Below, piece after piece: positions 1 through 13,400 of a stretch of DNA of 64,000 bases; the stretch's first letter is position 1, and every line of letters begins with the position of its first letter. The stretch comes from Phallusia mammillata (lineage: Eukaryota): NCBI GenBank assembly GCA_965637545.1, contig OZ281494.1, positions 25,482,001 through 25,546,000 of the forward strand. The letters are read 5' to 3'. The notes beneath the pieces were generated by a model. The model ran no database searches. It saw nothing but the letters and a program-made list of their open reading frames with translations, and was not told the origin of the DNA. The translations under genes were made by a program, and so were the position numbers.

Positions 1-236
1 TGGCTCGCAAAAAGAGAAAAAGGCAATCGCGAAAAAGAGAGAGGTGCTTTACTAGCTAAATTGGTGAGACCGCATGTCATCAATCAGATGTGTGGTCGCA
101 GTCGTGGTAAGACACAGCTTCTCCTGAGAGAGTCAGCAATTACAAGTAGTAAAGCATTTGAGGTGATCTTGTTGTGGAGCTGCTTTAGTTTAAGGCGCAG
201 TTTGTTGTGGTACAAGGATCCACAAGACGGGTCACA

Positions 237-356
237 TATAAAGCGCTTTGCATAAAGAAAGTGAATTTTACTTTAGCTAACAAGGCGCAAAGTTGTGTTT
301 CGTAAAATCATCTTTATTTTAAAATCATTTTTATAACCTGTTTGTCCATTTTTTAG
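237..356 (+). promoter_or_regulatory. Candidate TATA box plus upstream splice acceptor of ephrin-1
   Basis: TATAAA at 237-242; T-rich stretch; TTTTTTAG ending at 356, 41 nt before the ATG. Function is inferred. Confidence 0.4.
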
Positions 357-397
357 GTTTATTAGTTATTTTGCACTTATCAAACAGTACTATAAAC

Positions 398-3300
398 ATG
401 AATATGATGAGATTCGCAAGTATGTTTGTTCTGTTCTATTTCTGCCAGTGCTGCGTCGGTGGAGCAACGAGGCATGTTCTCTATTGGAATTCAATTATGT
501 CTCCACAGTAAGTTCATTTACACCCGTTAAATACAGTTTTGTATAACGTTTTTAACATAACGTTAAACCACATCGATCGAAACTTTGTCAGTGAAGTATT
601 ACTATGTACTGCATATGTATGTCACTATGTGGGCGGTACACATATAGAACCCCCCAAACCGTAGTAATCCGATTGTGAAAAACTCGGTAGTTAATACTTT
701 TTAAGTAGATATACCCAGCGCAATAAAGTTACAGCAGCTCGTCAGATTTGATCGAGTAATTTTCCGAAATTAAGTACCAGAGGCATTTAAAATTGAAACC
801 CTGCAATTATTATCCGCGCTTTGCCCTTATTCGGTGCTACGTGAGTTAAACGTTCCTTCGTGCAAAAGCAACCCATCGAATTTCAGTGCTATATTTATTG
901 GCGGTAGTTAGCAAAATTTTATTGATATTTTACAAGTCGCACTATTGTCACCGCTTCTACACTGCGACGGTCATAAAAGTTTCTCACTGTCGTGGAGTCG
1001 CCACACATTTCCGTGAATATTCCCTCCACGAAGCGTTGTCCTGACAACGAAACCATTGATTGCGTTACGTATTGATTATACGACAAACGCGTCATCCTGT
1101 TTTGTGGATGTATAATGGTGTCCCGGACCGCTGGCCAACCTTTTATGAGAGAATATTGGCGTATTGTTTCCGTGGCGTTACAGTCGACCTGGCATCCGGT
1201 TCCCACAAGCGCAACTACAATTTAGGATCTGGGTTTGCTCCCCGGAGAGTTGCGCAGGCCTTTATGCCGAATCCGGCACGAACTATTTACCAAGGAACCA
1301 AATTAGTTTGTCAAATCGAAAATCGTTTGCCTACACAGCGTGGCGTCCTTGTTTTCCGGCAAGCGTCTGTCTTTGACAGTTCCACTAATGTTGTGTGGAT
1401 ATTCGACTAGGACGACGTGATTATCAAACATTCTATTGTTTTTGACAGTAGAGATTTACGTGTGGGAAAATTAAGCCCCTCATTGCCACGCGCATTTAAA
1501 TCCCAGTCCCAACAATTGTTTAATTGTGCATTAAGCAGCAAGTACTTGCAGGCGGCAAGATGTTAACGTCGTGCGTTCGATCACAATTATCGTTAGCGAT
1601 GGGAAGAAAATCATTGAGTGGGTTTACGACCATTGTCCAAACCGCCTATTTGGTTTAACGCCTGTTAACAAAAAACACAAAGGCTGTGCAAAGGGCTGCA
1701 ACGGTCTTTCAAGCGACTCATCGCAAACAATGGTCAATGCTGAAACACGTGTTCGGGTTTTTTCATCAAAGGTCAAACCGCGAAAAAAGTTCGATGTATT
1801 GTCCGCATGCTAACCTCAAGTAATAACGACGCGATATTAGGTGCGTGGTTAATATTTGATACTGGCACTGTGGCACATGTCCACAAGTCGTATTGAGTGG
1901 CTCGCGTTAATGCTTTAAATTGTGGTTGGGCTCAACTCAGCAAGGGACCTTACTCATTGTTTGTACAACCGTACTGAGGTCTCTTTAGCGCGATGGTCAT
2001 TTTTTGCTTGTTCTTGGCCACGTAGCCGTGTAAATATTGGTTTTACGCTCGAACCGGGACATTCATACTTGGAACGTTGCGCAAACAAGTCGCCTCTAAT
2101 CGCGCCTTATCTCCTTGGCGCAAAAGAAGGTCTGGCATTGGCTCTCGGCCCACTAAATCGCATTACTTATCGCCGTCTAACAAAAACAACAACACGGGCC
2201 AGCCCAAAGTGTCTTCGCTTGCTACACACTAACGCAATCAATCTCACCAGAACGCGCACTAAATCTACATGAATCCACCAAAAATATATAAACGTGTCCC
2301 GCAATCCACACAAAATTGCAAAAACAAATAACACGTATTTATCTTCTTTTCCAGACTTAAGGATCGTGATCACATCACGCATGTGAAAATCGGCGAGTTC
2401 ATGGACATACTGTGCCCCCATCGAAGTCTCCAGGGAATCACCGGAGGTCCACGGGAACCGGCGACCTTTGACTTGCTCAATGTGACGGAATCGGAATACA
2501 ATGAATGCCACGCCAGAGGTCAGTATTCATCATTTGTGTAGAAGTTTGTGCTAAATTCTCCCAAAGCACAATGCGTCGGCCGCGCAAACGAACAGACATG
2601 TGGGGATTACTTGGCCTGATGATAGTTCATGCAAGTATTTTATTCGAAAGATTAGTTTTGGTGACTTCCTCGCTGAGTAATATTGCGCCGGCGTTAAATA
2701 GAGTGGGAGGAAGGCCAAGGCGTTGGTGCGCTATTATGACAATTAAGCGAGACACGATTAGGTCTGTTTTATACACAAATTATCGTCCGTGTAATACAAG
2801 TCCCGTGTGTGGCTCTGACGTCTGCTGACTGTGGGTGACAACCTACAGTGTATTCACTGCTTATGCGGTATATATGATGAGAAAAGTCAGACTAATGGGT
2901 AATGACTCAACACCCCATTTCTGTAAACAATCAAGTTTTTAAGGCAACTTTCCGCTGGAAACGGAGGCAGCGCGGTTAATTGTTTGTATTGACGCCTGGG
3001 TATCACATGTCGCTGTTTGCCTAACTAATTGCCGCTGAAGCCTATTCGAATTTCCACACCTCTTTGTGATACAAAGCTATGTTTACAATGGCCACTTTGT
3101 TCTGTCGCGATGATTTGGTGTTCGTTAGACAGTCATCAAACATCCGTTAGACACTTCGTTGCGACACAATCTCAGTGTTAGACACAAAACCTTAACACAA
3201 TTGTTTCTCTTATTTCAGGAAAAGGAAAATTTATGTTCGCCTGCAACAAACCAGAACGCGAAAACAAATTGACTCTCAAATTTCAAACCATCAGCCCTTC

Positions 3301-4650
3301 TCCACTCGGATTTCGATTTCAATATTGTGCTGACTACTATTTCATGGGTAAGTCGATGGTTAAAGTAGCTATACTTAAGAACACGATTAAGGTGAAGAAC
3401 ACAACAGTGTTCTGCGAAGTCACGGCTTATAATTCCCGCTTGTGTGTGTTTGTTGTGCGATCTCGGGCGGTTTAAAACTGAATTAGAATATTAAGTGGGT
3501 GACTTAAATGCAGTGCCCGCTTTGCGTCCAAAGAAAGTCAATGCACTTGGACGTAAACACCCCGGGCCACAAAACGACCAACCATCGCCTTGGGAAACTG
3601 TCTAGAAACGGCCTGTTGTCGATGTACACAGACCAGAGCAGATAATTTCCATGGCGTGGTCAGCCTTATTTATACGGTGTCGGCAACAGTTTTTGTTTCT
3701 TTTTGCAGCTCTGCCACGAGGCCGACGATCCCGTCATGGCTGCTCAAAAGATACGACCAGGATCCACATTCGAGTCGCTTGCAAAGGTAACATTTGTTCC
3801 AAAGTTTGCGGTTGTTTATCATTGGCACTCAAGTTAGTTTTTCCCACATAATGGCAGAAGAAGATTTAAGTTAATAAGCCATCTGTCTGAGACCCAGCTT
3901 GACACACATTTCAGACGCGATTAAAAATAGATCAACTAAGAGCATGTTCGAATTAGTTATGGCGAAGCAAGGTTGCCAATTATGGGCCTGGTACTACCTG
4001 TGGCTGTCGAAGATAAGAAGAAAATGTCTCACACTCGCTTGCTCACGAGCTGTCCTCAATAAGAAGCGCTCTCCTTCCTAAAGCTCTTTTTTGTTCCTCG
4101 AGCTTACCTGCGGCTTATCGCAAACTAGCATTTATACCCGTTGAAAAAGAGAGAGAATAATTTAATTGAGCGTGCGCACGTGTTGGTCTTTTCAATGAGC
4201 CGCGGGGCGCGCTGTTTTGATAAACAAGTTCACGTGACTTGTGTGCAATACTTACAACTTGTGCCGTGTGACTCATCAAGCTAAATGTGATTACTTTGAT
4301 TTTTAGACGAAACAACTACTGTTGAAACAACAACCGAAGCAACGACAACGACGGTCAAAACAGCGAAACCTGAGGATGTTCTCTCGGACGTTATAAAGCG
4401 AATTCGTCACCACAAGAAGCCAAGCGCTGACCCAGTCAAAACAGAAGACATTGTAATCCCAGAATTGACAAACCCATTCGATATCGAGACAGAACTCTCT
4501 GAAAACAATCCGCAAGTGTTAAAGGTTGTCTCAGGACACCGAGACGTTGGTGGTGGTGAAAATTCAGCATCTTCTTTCGGAAAATCGACTTTACTACTCG
4601 CTGCAACAGTGACTGCTGGTTTCGTCATATCAAAATTCATCGTATCGTAA
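398..4650 (+). CDS. EFNA: GPI-anchored (A-type) ephrin, paralogue 1 (274 aa)
   Basis: Exons 398-507, 2355-2518, 3219-3347, 3709-3786, 4307-4650; all GT-AG, 825 nt, in frame. Signal peptide then RHVLYWNS; HVKIGEFMDILCP; KLTLKFQTISPSPLGFRF; YYFM; Thr-rich stalk; C-terminal small residues plus hydrophobic tail (GPI signal), no cytoplasmic tail. Symbol is family level only; the a/b/c/d paralogue cannot be assigned. Confidence 0.95.
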
Positions 4651-5311
4651 CGCTGTCTTGGAAACGGACTTAATACTGGTGCCTGTTCAGTTCCAGCTGT
4701 TGGTTGTATCGGTTGGCGGCTTTAAATCACTGTGGATAGTTTAAATATTTAATGCGACGACAAGTTTCAGCAACAAGTTGGATCTTTTCCAAACAGCTGG
4801 TAAGTTTTTATTTTTCATGTTTTGATATTTTGTTTTATACTTATTTTTAATTAAATAAACACAAAAATTAAATAAATAAAAAATCTGCTTAGAGTACTGT
4901 CGTTCGAAAAAAATATTTATTTGAACACATACACTGAACAAACCTTTTTACTTTTTTAGAATCTTCAATATGCACTCAAATCCACAGGCAATACATCAAC
5001 GAACTGCTATGCTTGCAAGTGTTCATTTCGCTGACGTCAATCATGGCAATCCGCGTCTTTATTAGCCTTTGCTTGTATTTTGCATCCTTGCCAACGCTTT
5101 CATCAACTGCTACTTTGTATTTTTGCTTAATTTCGCGGTTGTTGATTGTGCAATTTTTCCTTAGAGTATGTTTTTCTAACCACTGTTCTGCACTTTTGTT
5201 TTTTGATTTCTTTTTTCTTAACCTTTCTTGTTATTTTTTCTACGATCGATCAAATAAATCTAAAATCCCGATTTTCTACGTAATAATTTAGACTTTAGAG
5301 CTATTGCTCGT

Positions 5312-5406
5312 CAAAACATGTAAGCTAGGCAAAACATGACCAGATGGTGGCAGTGAGGCTCAAACATGAAAGCTAGTGAAGGCATGACCACATAGTGGCA
5401 GTGAAG
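5312..5406. repeat. Imperfect tandem duplication, about 47-nt unit x2
   Basis: CAAAACATGTAAGCTAGGCAAAACATGACCAGATGGTGGCAGTGAGG followed by CAAACATGAAAGCTAGTGAAGGCATGACCACATAGTGGCAGTGAAG. Confidence 0.7.
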
Positions 5407-7245
5407 AGTAACTGATACAATCGAAGATCTGTGGTTGCGTGTTCCATATTTAACGAGTGGGATCAACAAACACACACGTCGTGTTTATTGCCGACATTAG
5501 TTGCACATCCGAAGATTTTGCAGAGGCATCGATTTGCGGCAATTGTGCATAAAAAAAGACGGTCATACGCTAGTTGTGTTTTTCCGATTAATCGATGTTA
5601 AAATCTACGCAAAGGAAATTCCGTTATTTGACTGAAAAAACACCAATTTAATAAGCTTTGTTGTTTAGTTTGCTTAGCAAAAATATTACGCCTTTGAATG
5701 AAATTTAGTATAGAACCTAAGATTCTATGTCCTGAAGTAATGATTGTAATCTTCCAGAACTAAATCTGTTCATTGTTTTCATTACCAAACGATATGAAAG
5801 CAAAAAAACTGCTGATCGTTAGTTGCAACGTTTCACACAGGTTGTGGGCCAGTTTTTTTTAAGGTTTGGTTTGGGTGACCGCTAAGTAGTTTTAAGAGAC
5901 CGTAAGTGTTTCATTTAAATACCAAAAAATAGCCATATTTGCTTAAACGAATTATTTGGGAAACCGCTGGAGAAATTTGGACACCTTAAAAAAACACTGG
6001 TTGTGGGTATTATTTACTTCTATCTTGTACTAGAAGTTATACTTGTAGGAAAGCACATTTTTAGTCAATCAAAAAACCATTCATTCACACAGTAATTTGA
6101 AATTGATGAGTAAAATGAATTTAGACAGACGAACAAGCGACAGACAAGCTGCACCCAATTAATACGCCGCCACGTCGGCCATAAAACCGTCAGTAGCAGT
6201 CATCAAACAGACGTCAAACAAGATTATTTATTGCAAACAGGCGTTTCGAATAAACCGATTACTATTCGAACGGCAGCATTCAACGTCACAATGATGCAAG
6301 TTCGTGACACCGTTTCTGAACCTCCACAAGAAACGTGTAGAGAAAATAATCATGAACAAGTATTAACACGCTCAACGCCTTGAATTCAGCGTAATTTATA
6401 CACGAATATTGAAGGATTGTCTTTAATATGAATTACCTTGGGTAAGATTATTACAATAGACGCTGAAAGAAATAAACGATTTGATTGTACAATCCCTGGC
6501 TTACACAAAAAAGTGAAGGAGTCGTGATGTGTATCTCTGATCGCAGCGATAGTAGTGCAAAATCTGTCCTTTGCTGAGCTGAGCTCGTACCTTTTTCTCT
6601 ACGCCTACTTTGTTGTCGTTCTACGGGAGACGCTCCTCGGCTCAGTTAGCTGCCCTGACAGTCTTTGCCGATGGACCAACAGTAAGTTATTGCAGCCAGC
6701 CCAGCACAGGCAAGTTAGAATTGGTTGAACAGGAGTTGCAGTTGTCAAGTATATTAAATTTGCAATGTAGATGAGGTAAGGTGTGAAGAGATTAGGATGT
6801 TGACACATTCAATGCTTCACATTAAAATAACAAAAATGGGCGATTATATGTACAGCTGTGTGCACAGAAGTCTTTACCATAAAAAAACATATAGTTGCTG
6901 AACTAAGTTGCGCTGGTATTACGCTGCGTACAAACTAACACTACAATACTTGGTTTGTTGACTTATGGACGACAGACTATAAGGGCTGGAGGCGTCAGTC
7001 TGCTTTCAGTCAAAGGGTTTTAAAGTCTCCGTCATGAGTCAAGTTGTTGAATTAACTGTGACGAAATTAGGTTGACGACCTATTGTTTACGTTTAACTGC
7101 GCGGAACAAGATGCAACAACACAAGGCAGATTCTGAACTTCGTGTTACATGACTACAGCAGAGCAGTACAATAGTAGAGACTCATGGTTACCCAAAGAAA
7201 CAGTAGCTTTATGAACTTACTGTTTGAATTATTAAAAATGTACCG

Positions 7246-7450
7246 TATAAACAGCAAAACTTATTCGGAAGCGCTTAACGTACGAAGCAGCTGTAAAGGA
7301 AGGCAGCGGTTGTCGCTCCCGTGTTTCTAGTTACGGCGTTGATTGGCCAAAGGAATTTGTAATTACATTCAATCCTAAGGGAACATCACATGTGTTTACG
7401 GAGGTGCTTGCAGACAGATGCCTGTAACTTTGCAACATGTATTTCAACAG
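7246..7450 (+). promoter_or_regulatory. Candidate TATA box plus upstream splice acceptor of ephrin-2
   Basis: TATAAA at 7246-7251; ATTTCAACAG ending at 7450, 27 nt before the ATG. Confidence 0.35.
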
Positions 7451-7477
7451 TCTTGTGCTACCTAGCTTGTAGAAACA

Positions 7478-10400
7478 ATGAACCGAATATTCGTGTTTTG
7501 GATTGCTTTGTCGTTGGTTTTTGCACAAGTTACTTCTTCCAAGCGGCATGAACTTTATTGGAACACATACGCAACGCCAAAGTAAGTACACCATTTGTAA
7601 GTTTATTAGGCACATCAGCTTAATGTCATTTTACCCAGCTCAGGCTGTGTGGCATGTACGATTATTAGCGGGCCTACCAAATGTTTTGCATTTCAACCAA
7701 ATTAAAAGTATTCAGACGTATTTATGGCGCTATCAAAACATGTGCGTCGTCCATGATAAGACGGTGAGCTGCATAATCCCGCTGCAAGAGGCGAGCAGCA
7801 ATTCGTTGTAAGGCTCTAATTGCTTATCTCTTTGCGGATTTTAACATGGGAAAGTGTTAGTCGGGCATTGTGTGCTGCCTTGCGACGCATAATAGCACAA
7901 AACCAACGATGGTTGTAATCTATCAGAATAACAAACAGACATGGGATAAGCTTTCCCTCGGGTCGCAAATGAATGGAGACAATAGCTCACTATGTGCGAC
8001 CCAATCAGCTGCTAGGATGTTTGTTGTTTGGTGAATGAAGGGTTTTACCTTTCAATGTATTTGACTGTCAACCGTTTTACTATTGTGTTGTGGTTTGGTC
8101 CTGCAATCAGGGTCATGTCGTGCAAATGCGAAGGTCTAATTACCGTTATGAAATCATTGGGGTACTATGTGATAAAGTTAACAGTTTAGAAAATATTTGC
8201 GCGAATACATTTACACATAACTTTTCTTTCCTAATATCAAAACCTGAATTATACGCTGAAAATGAAAGATGTGACCAGTGGTTGTCATATACATTAATCT
8301 TTGCATTTTGTGGTATACCTAATTATTGTGGCATGTTGCGGCTTATCTTGTTTCTGTCGTAATTAGAAATTGTTCCCGAAGGACAAGCCTTAGCTTTGCC
8401 CTGAACGATCGTTTGGGGCGAACTCATCTGATGCCAGTTTTGCCGTCTGCATCTTGAATATCGAATGTCATTAACCAATTGATTGAAAAGCACCGTAATT
8501 ATTCCATTGCTGCCATTAGTAAGCATATGACCTTTAATTAAGGCCTATTTATACGTAGATTAAGATACGGAATATAAATGCCTAAGAAGATTTGCAAAAT
8601 GAACTGGAAATAGTAAACCCAAGGGTTTTGTTAGGGTGCACTGCCTGGAAGACTTGCAGCTCGATACCGTAAAACAACTTGTACGAGTCAAATTTCTAGT
8701 GCCGCGTGCTTTGTCACGCCGACGCATTGACTGCAGCGAGATTTTTTGAATTGCAGCGTGTCAAGTTACATTCTGCAAAGGCAGGCAGTGATTGATACAC
8801 CGAGAACTGTAATGTTTACTTTATATTATCCACGCTTCTTTACCCCCGAACCACGGTGCTTGACAAGCAGAAAGACAGAGAACTTTAACGTGAAAATGGA
8901 TAACATAAGCAAATGGTACTAAGCTAAATCAGCCTGGTCTTGTGTTTCTTAATATATCCCGAAGACACACGACCACTCATGTTCCACAATCATGTGAGAT
9001 TAAGCTGACATGGCCTGCTACAAAAAGGTCAACTACAGTAGATCAATATGGAATATGTACTGGGGGGCGGCCAATTTCGCTCAGCTACAGCACTGTTAAT
9101 TGTGGTCCGTACGGAATTAACACTTGGACTTGGAAAGAGCAGATTCGTGTTCGCATCGGCGTCGAATCCCAAGATGATTGAGACAGTAGATTTGGTAATG
9201 CTTAAGTGAGGTGTCCAATTCCTAACCGAGACACCCCTTAATAGGTGTGCACATTTTCGCGTTCGACATGTCGCGTGCAGATAGCGGCAAATTAAACTGC
9301 GCTTAGTCCCGTATCGGCATTGGCATTGCTATTAGTCCGCGCCTGATGTAAAAAGCCTCAGCGTAAATCTTATCCAGGCAGGCCTTGGACACGAAGCTGA
9401 TAGCTTGAGGCGAACAAGTGCCATGGCAAACAAACATTAGCGCGGCAGACAAGTTCTTTCCGCTCGAAGTGCGGTTTGTCTGCGTTCTCTTCAACAGAGC
9501 GTCCAACCGCTTCAGTTATAGGTTCGGCACACTAAACGCAACTTCTGTTGATTAAAAATGCCTATCACGGTGCAGTATTTGGAACTTGCACTTTTGGCAA
9601 GTCAAAATTGTACAGGGAAGTTAAATGTTTTCTGGTGTACAGAACTCGGTTCAATTCGTAGTGTGAAACAAATTGAGGATTGTGTGAGTCAATGTACGAC
9701 TTCATATCAACACAGACAATTGTCTCGTCCCCGGCGCTGCAATTTCGTGCCCGAATTGACATCACTAACCCTGATCGACTCATCTCTTCACGACCTTAGG
9801 TTTCCCGCACTCTAGCCATTTAAGTCAGGTTGAGTTTCCGAAGCATGGGACTAGTTTTCTGACACCTTCTCTGTAGCATGTTATCTGATCTTCACAAATA
9901 TTTGCGAGACTGGCTGCTTGTTTTACAGCAAAACGAAGCCGCCATGCTCGTTGCGAAACCATCGGCTTATCTGCGTCATGCTTGATTTACCTTCAAGCCT
10001 CTAAAATCGCTTTGCTGTTGCGTCTCACGTAGTTCAAGTTAACGATAAATATCAAGTTTAGCCGTCGTAATATGTCTGAGTTAGTTTGCTTTTTATGTAA
10101 GTTATCGTGGAAAAATTATTACACTTTTCGGCAAATAGTTTATGACGCGTGAAGCTCTACTCGCCCACGCCGCTGGTTTATTTAGTTCCGCTCAACTTCG
10201 GCCGATAGAAGAAGTGATGAAATGTGGAGTTAACTTGAAATCATCCAAAACGTTGGAGAGCCACGGAAAAGCTTTTAGAAAAACAATTGAACTATTCAAA
10301 GCACGCTTCTGAAAAATGTCGTCATTAGCAGAAAGATCCCGTTCTTCCTTGATGCTTGGGAAATGATTTGTCAAGGATTGTCCCTATTAGCGGCACTTAT

Positions 10401-13400
10401 TAGTGTATGATGGCGTTAATTTTCAAACCGGCGCTAATTTATGTCAGCTGAAACCGGTGATTGGCAACGTGTGTCCTTCAAATTGCCGTATGTCCCTTTT
10501 CGTCAGTTTTTTGCTACTATGTAATCGTTAAGACTGGACATCCAGCGTAAGAATGTGTGTTATCCGTGAAACTCGGTGCTAACTGCGAACCGAGCCAAAG
10601 CGGTTCAACTTCTTAGCGTCGTGTCATGAGAATCGATTTATGGGTTTACTGTCCGTTTGGTACAAGATAGCCTGGTGTCGTGACCGACCCACCCCTGCTC
10701 TTACCTCACATTGTTATCCTTGTTGGGCGAATTAAACAAACTCGATGCACTTACTGATTCACGAACCAGATCCGGCTGACGAAAAATCGCGCAAAAGGGT
10801 ATTTAAGACTGGCGTCATTTGTTAATTTTAGACCCAATGTTTGCTTGTTATAAGTAGTCCACTATTTGCAAGTCATCTATACATGACCAAGCATTTTACA
10901 GAAAAAACTGCAATGTAGCGTATATTCATTCGTTGATATTTTACTTAAAGACTTGAAGCCGTTTGTTATGACACAATCATTACCATTGCTGGTTGTGAGA
11001 TAGCGCTTTACTTGGAATGACAATGCGTAAGTGAACTTCCATTACTACTACGTCTCAATAATCAACAAGGGACCACCGCAGGGTGCTGAACAACTTTATC
11101 AAGTCAAGAGGTGACAGCTGACCACACGGGCACACGGAAACTAAATTAATTGCTGCGTATTATAGTAGGGCCACGTCGAAGACTGAGTCCAAATTGGAAG
11201 TGACGCGAAGTAATCCGTTTTGTATCTTGTAATAAAATTAGTTTGCAAGCATCGTTTATCTAAGATTCGGCTTAAGACAACGAGCAGGCTTTAAACAGGA
11301 GCCGTGTGTTATGGAGGTTAATCGTCATCAATAATTCATGTACGAAGCGTGGTGTTTAGATATTTTCCCATGTTTCTGATACACTGGTGTTATTTGTTTT
11401 TTGTAAGAAGCATTCATATATAATAGCTGTAATTTTGAAGACTAGTTTGTTATGATATTAGTTTTCTTACTATAGTGTACGATCGAATGGTTATCCCCGG
11501 TCGAAATTTCCGCTAAGACCACAGTTTGACTGGTGCAACCGCGAAATTCACATTTCTAAAACGTCTACCGGTAGTCGTACATTATTTATCTGCTCTGTCT
11601 GCTTTTGACTGGTGGTAAATTTTCAATCCCAAGAGAATCGAGTTATCTGACGCAATTGTAACAAAAAATCTCTTCCTGTTGTGCCACTTCGCGTTTAGCC
11701 GATACTAGCTTATCCCAAGTGTTTAAGATTCGGTAAACGTGACTGTGCGTTATGCAAACCACTTTCCAAAGCACAATCAACCATTAAGGCGCTCCGTACA
11801 TAATCGTCACATAAGCCGAGAGAAGTTTACTTGCGCACAAGTGGGTTTTGTGTCTGCTGCAAATACAGCTGTTTCATCCTCTTGCAAAAAGCCTCATGCT
11901 TACTCTGTTTTAAACAGAACTTTGTATAATCTATTCAATACATTAATCATACTGCGAAACAACAAGGCGTTGGTTGGGATTTACCAACTGCTTGTGGCCA
12001 TAGATTCGATGTTGATTCATGATTGTTTACGTTTTTTGTGATGAACTTGGTCGGTTCGCCTGCACTCATAGTGAGATAATGCCCAAAACGCGCGTAACGC
12101 GTCAATGCTTTTAAATACACAAAACGCGTTATGCCGCATCACCCTTTTACCAATCGAAATCTTTTGTCCAAACTTCGAACACCAAAAGTCACTGGACAAG
12201 ATGACTTAACAAAAAATCTATTATTAACTTTCAACTGCTTTTGAGTGATGGAAATCAATGTGGTCACGTTGTGTGATATTAGTTCAAAACTGGTCTTTGC
12301 GTGCTAGTTGTCAAGGCGTTTCTTAGCTATTGGCGGTTGGGTTGTCTGCCTATTTTTCAAATGCAACGGACCGGTTAAACCTTAATTAAATTAGGTGCTA
12401 ATCTTTTAGAGAAAGTCCTTACAATTGAGCTGTTCCCAAAGGCGCAAAGTGAGTGTCAAAACTGTTTTGACAAACAAGGAGCAGTTTATTTTTAACCTGA
12501 ACCTTTGGTCTGTCAACTTAGTTTCAATACATATGTTTAATGAATATTGATTTTTGTGTTTACAGGTTACTGGTCGAAAACAATGACGAATTCGTTCTTC
12601 ACGTGAAAATTGGGGAGTTTCTTGATGTGATGTGTCCTCATAGCAGCCTCATGGGTATTACGAATGGCCCGAAAGAACCAGCCCAATTCGACCTGTACAA
12701 CGTTACCAGGAAAAGTTATCTCAAATGCCACCATGGAGGTAAGGAGTGATAATTAACTAATTTCGCCCTGTCTAATAAGCGAACCGAGTATTGCCGGCCG
12801 AATCACAGTTTCCTATTTCGGGTGTGTGCGTGCTGCCTGTAATAGATATGTGAGGTTTTCCTAATAATATTCAATCCATCTACTTGTGCCCCAAAGTTAA
12901 GCTTTGGTCTCACTTTATCTATGAATTTAACACAACAATTTTCCACTTATTCTTAATCGTTGATGACGTCACAATTATCAATATTACGATCGTTGAGCTA
13001 CAAAACACGTTTCGATAACCTTTTTGCCAAGTAAAAGTAGCCTTAAAAAGTACAAAAAATATACTTATGTTGTGAAATACACGTTTCAATATATTCTTTT
13101 ATCACCAGTATATATCTTAGGTATTTCCTATTCGTGATAATAGACAGTTAAACTTTAATAAACTCGATGTAAACCCATCATAAACAATAGGTGCCCTTTC
13201 CGCCAACCCTTAGGTGCTAAATCCTTGCACAAGTTTGTTCTTTGTGTGTTCTTCCCTAAAATTTTCACAACATGTATTGTTTGGTCGCATAAATAAGTTA
13301 GCCCGTATGATGGGCTTGTTGAATGATGAAAAACACAGCAGCAGCAGAGTTAAACGGTTAAGCCATTGCCTTATCATCGTGTTAACGTTCTCTGTTAAGA

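Noticed and set aside
919-1410. Overlapping ORFs of 95-116 aa in ephrin-1 intron 1 (similar ones at 19083-19421, 24183-24473, 34190-34617, 35849-36202, 61957-62325)
   Set aside because: No recognisable motifs, no consistent splice context, and ORFs overlap on both strands; consistent with chance ORFs in GC-richer non-coding DNA.
1554-1564. miR-31-like GGCAAGATGTT (and miR-200/429-like TAATACTGTCTG near 62338)
   Set aside because: 11-12 nt matches are expected by chance, the 3' halves diverge, and no canonical pre-miRNA hairpin is present.
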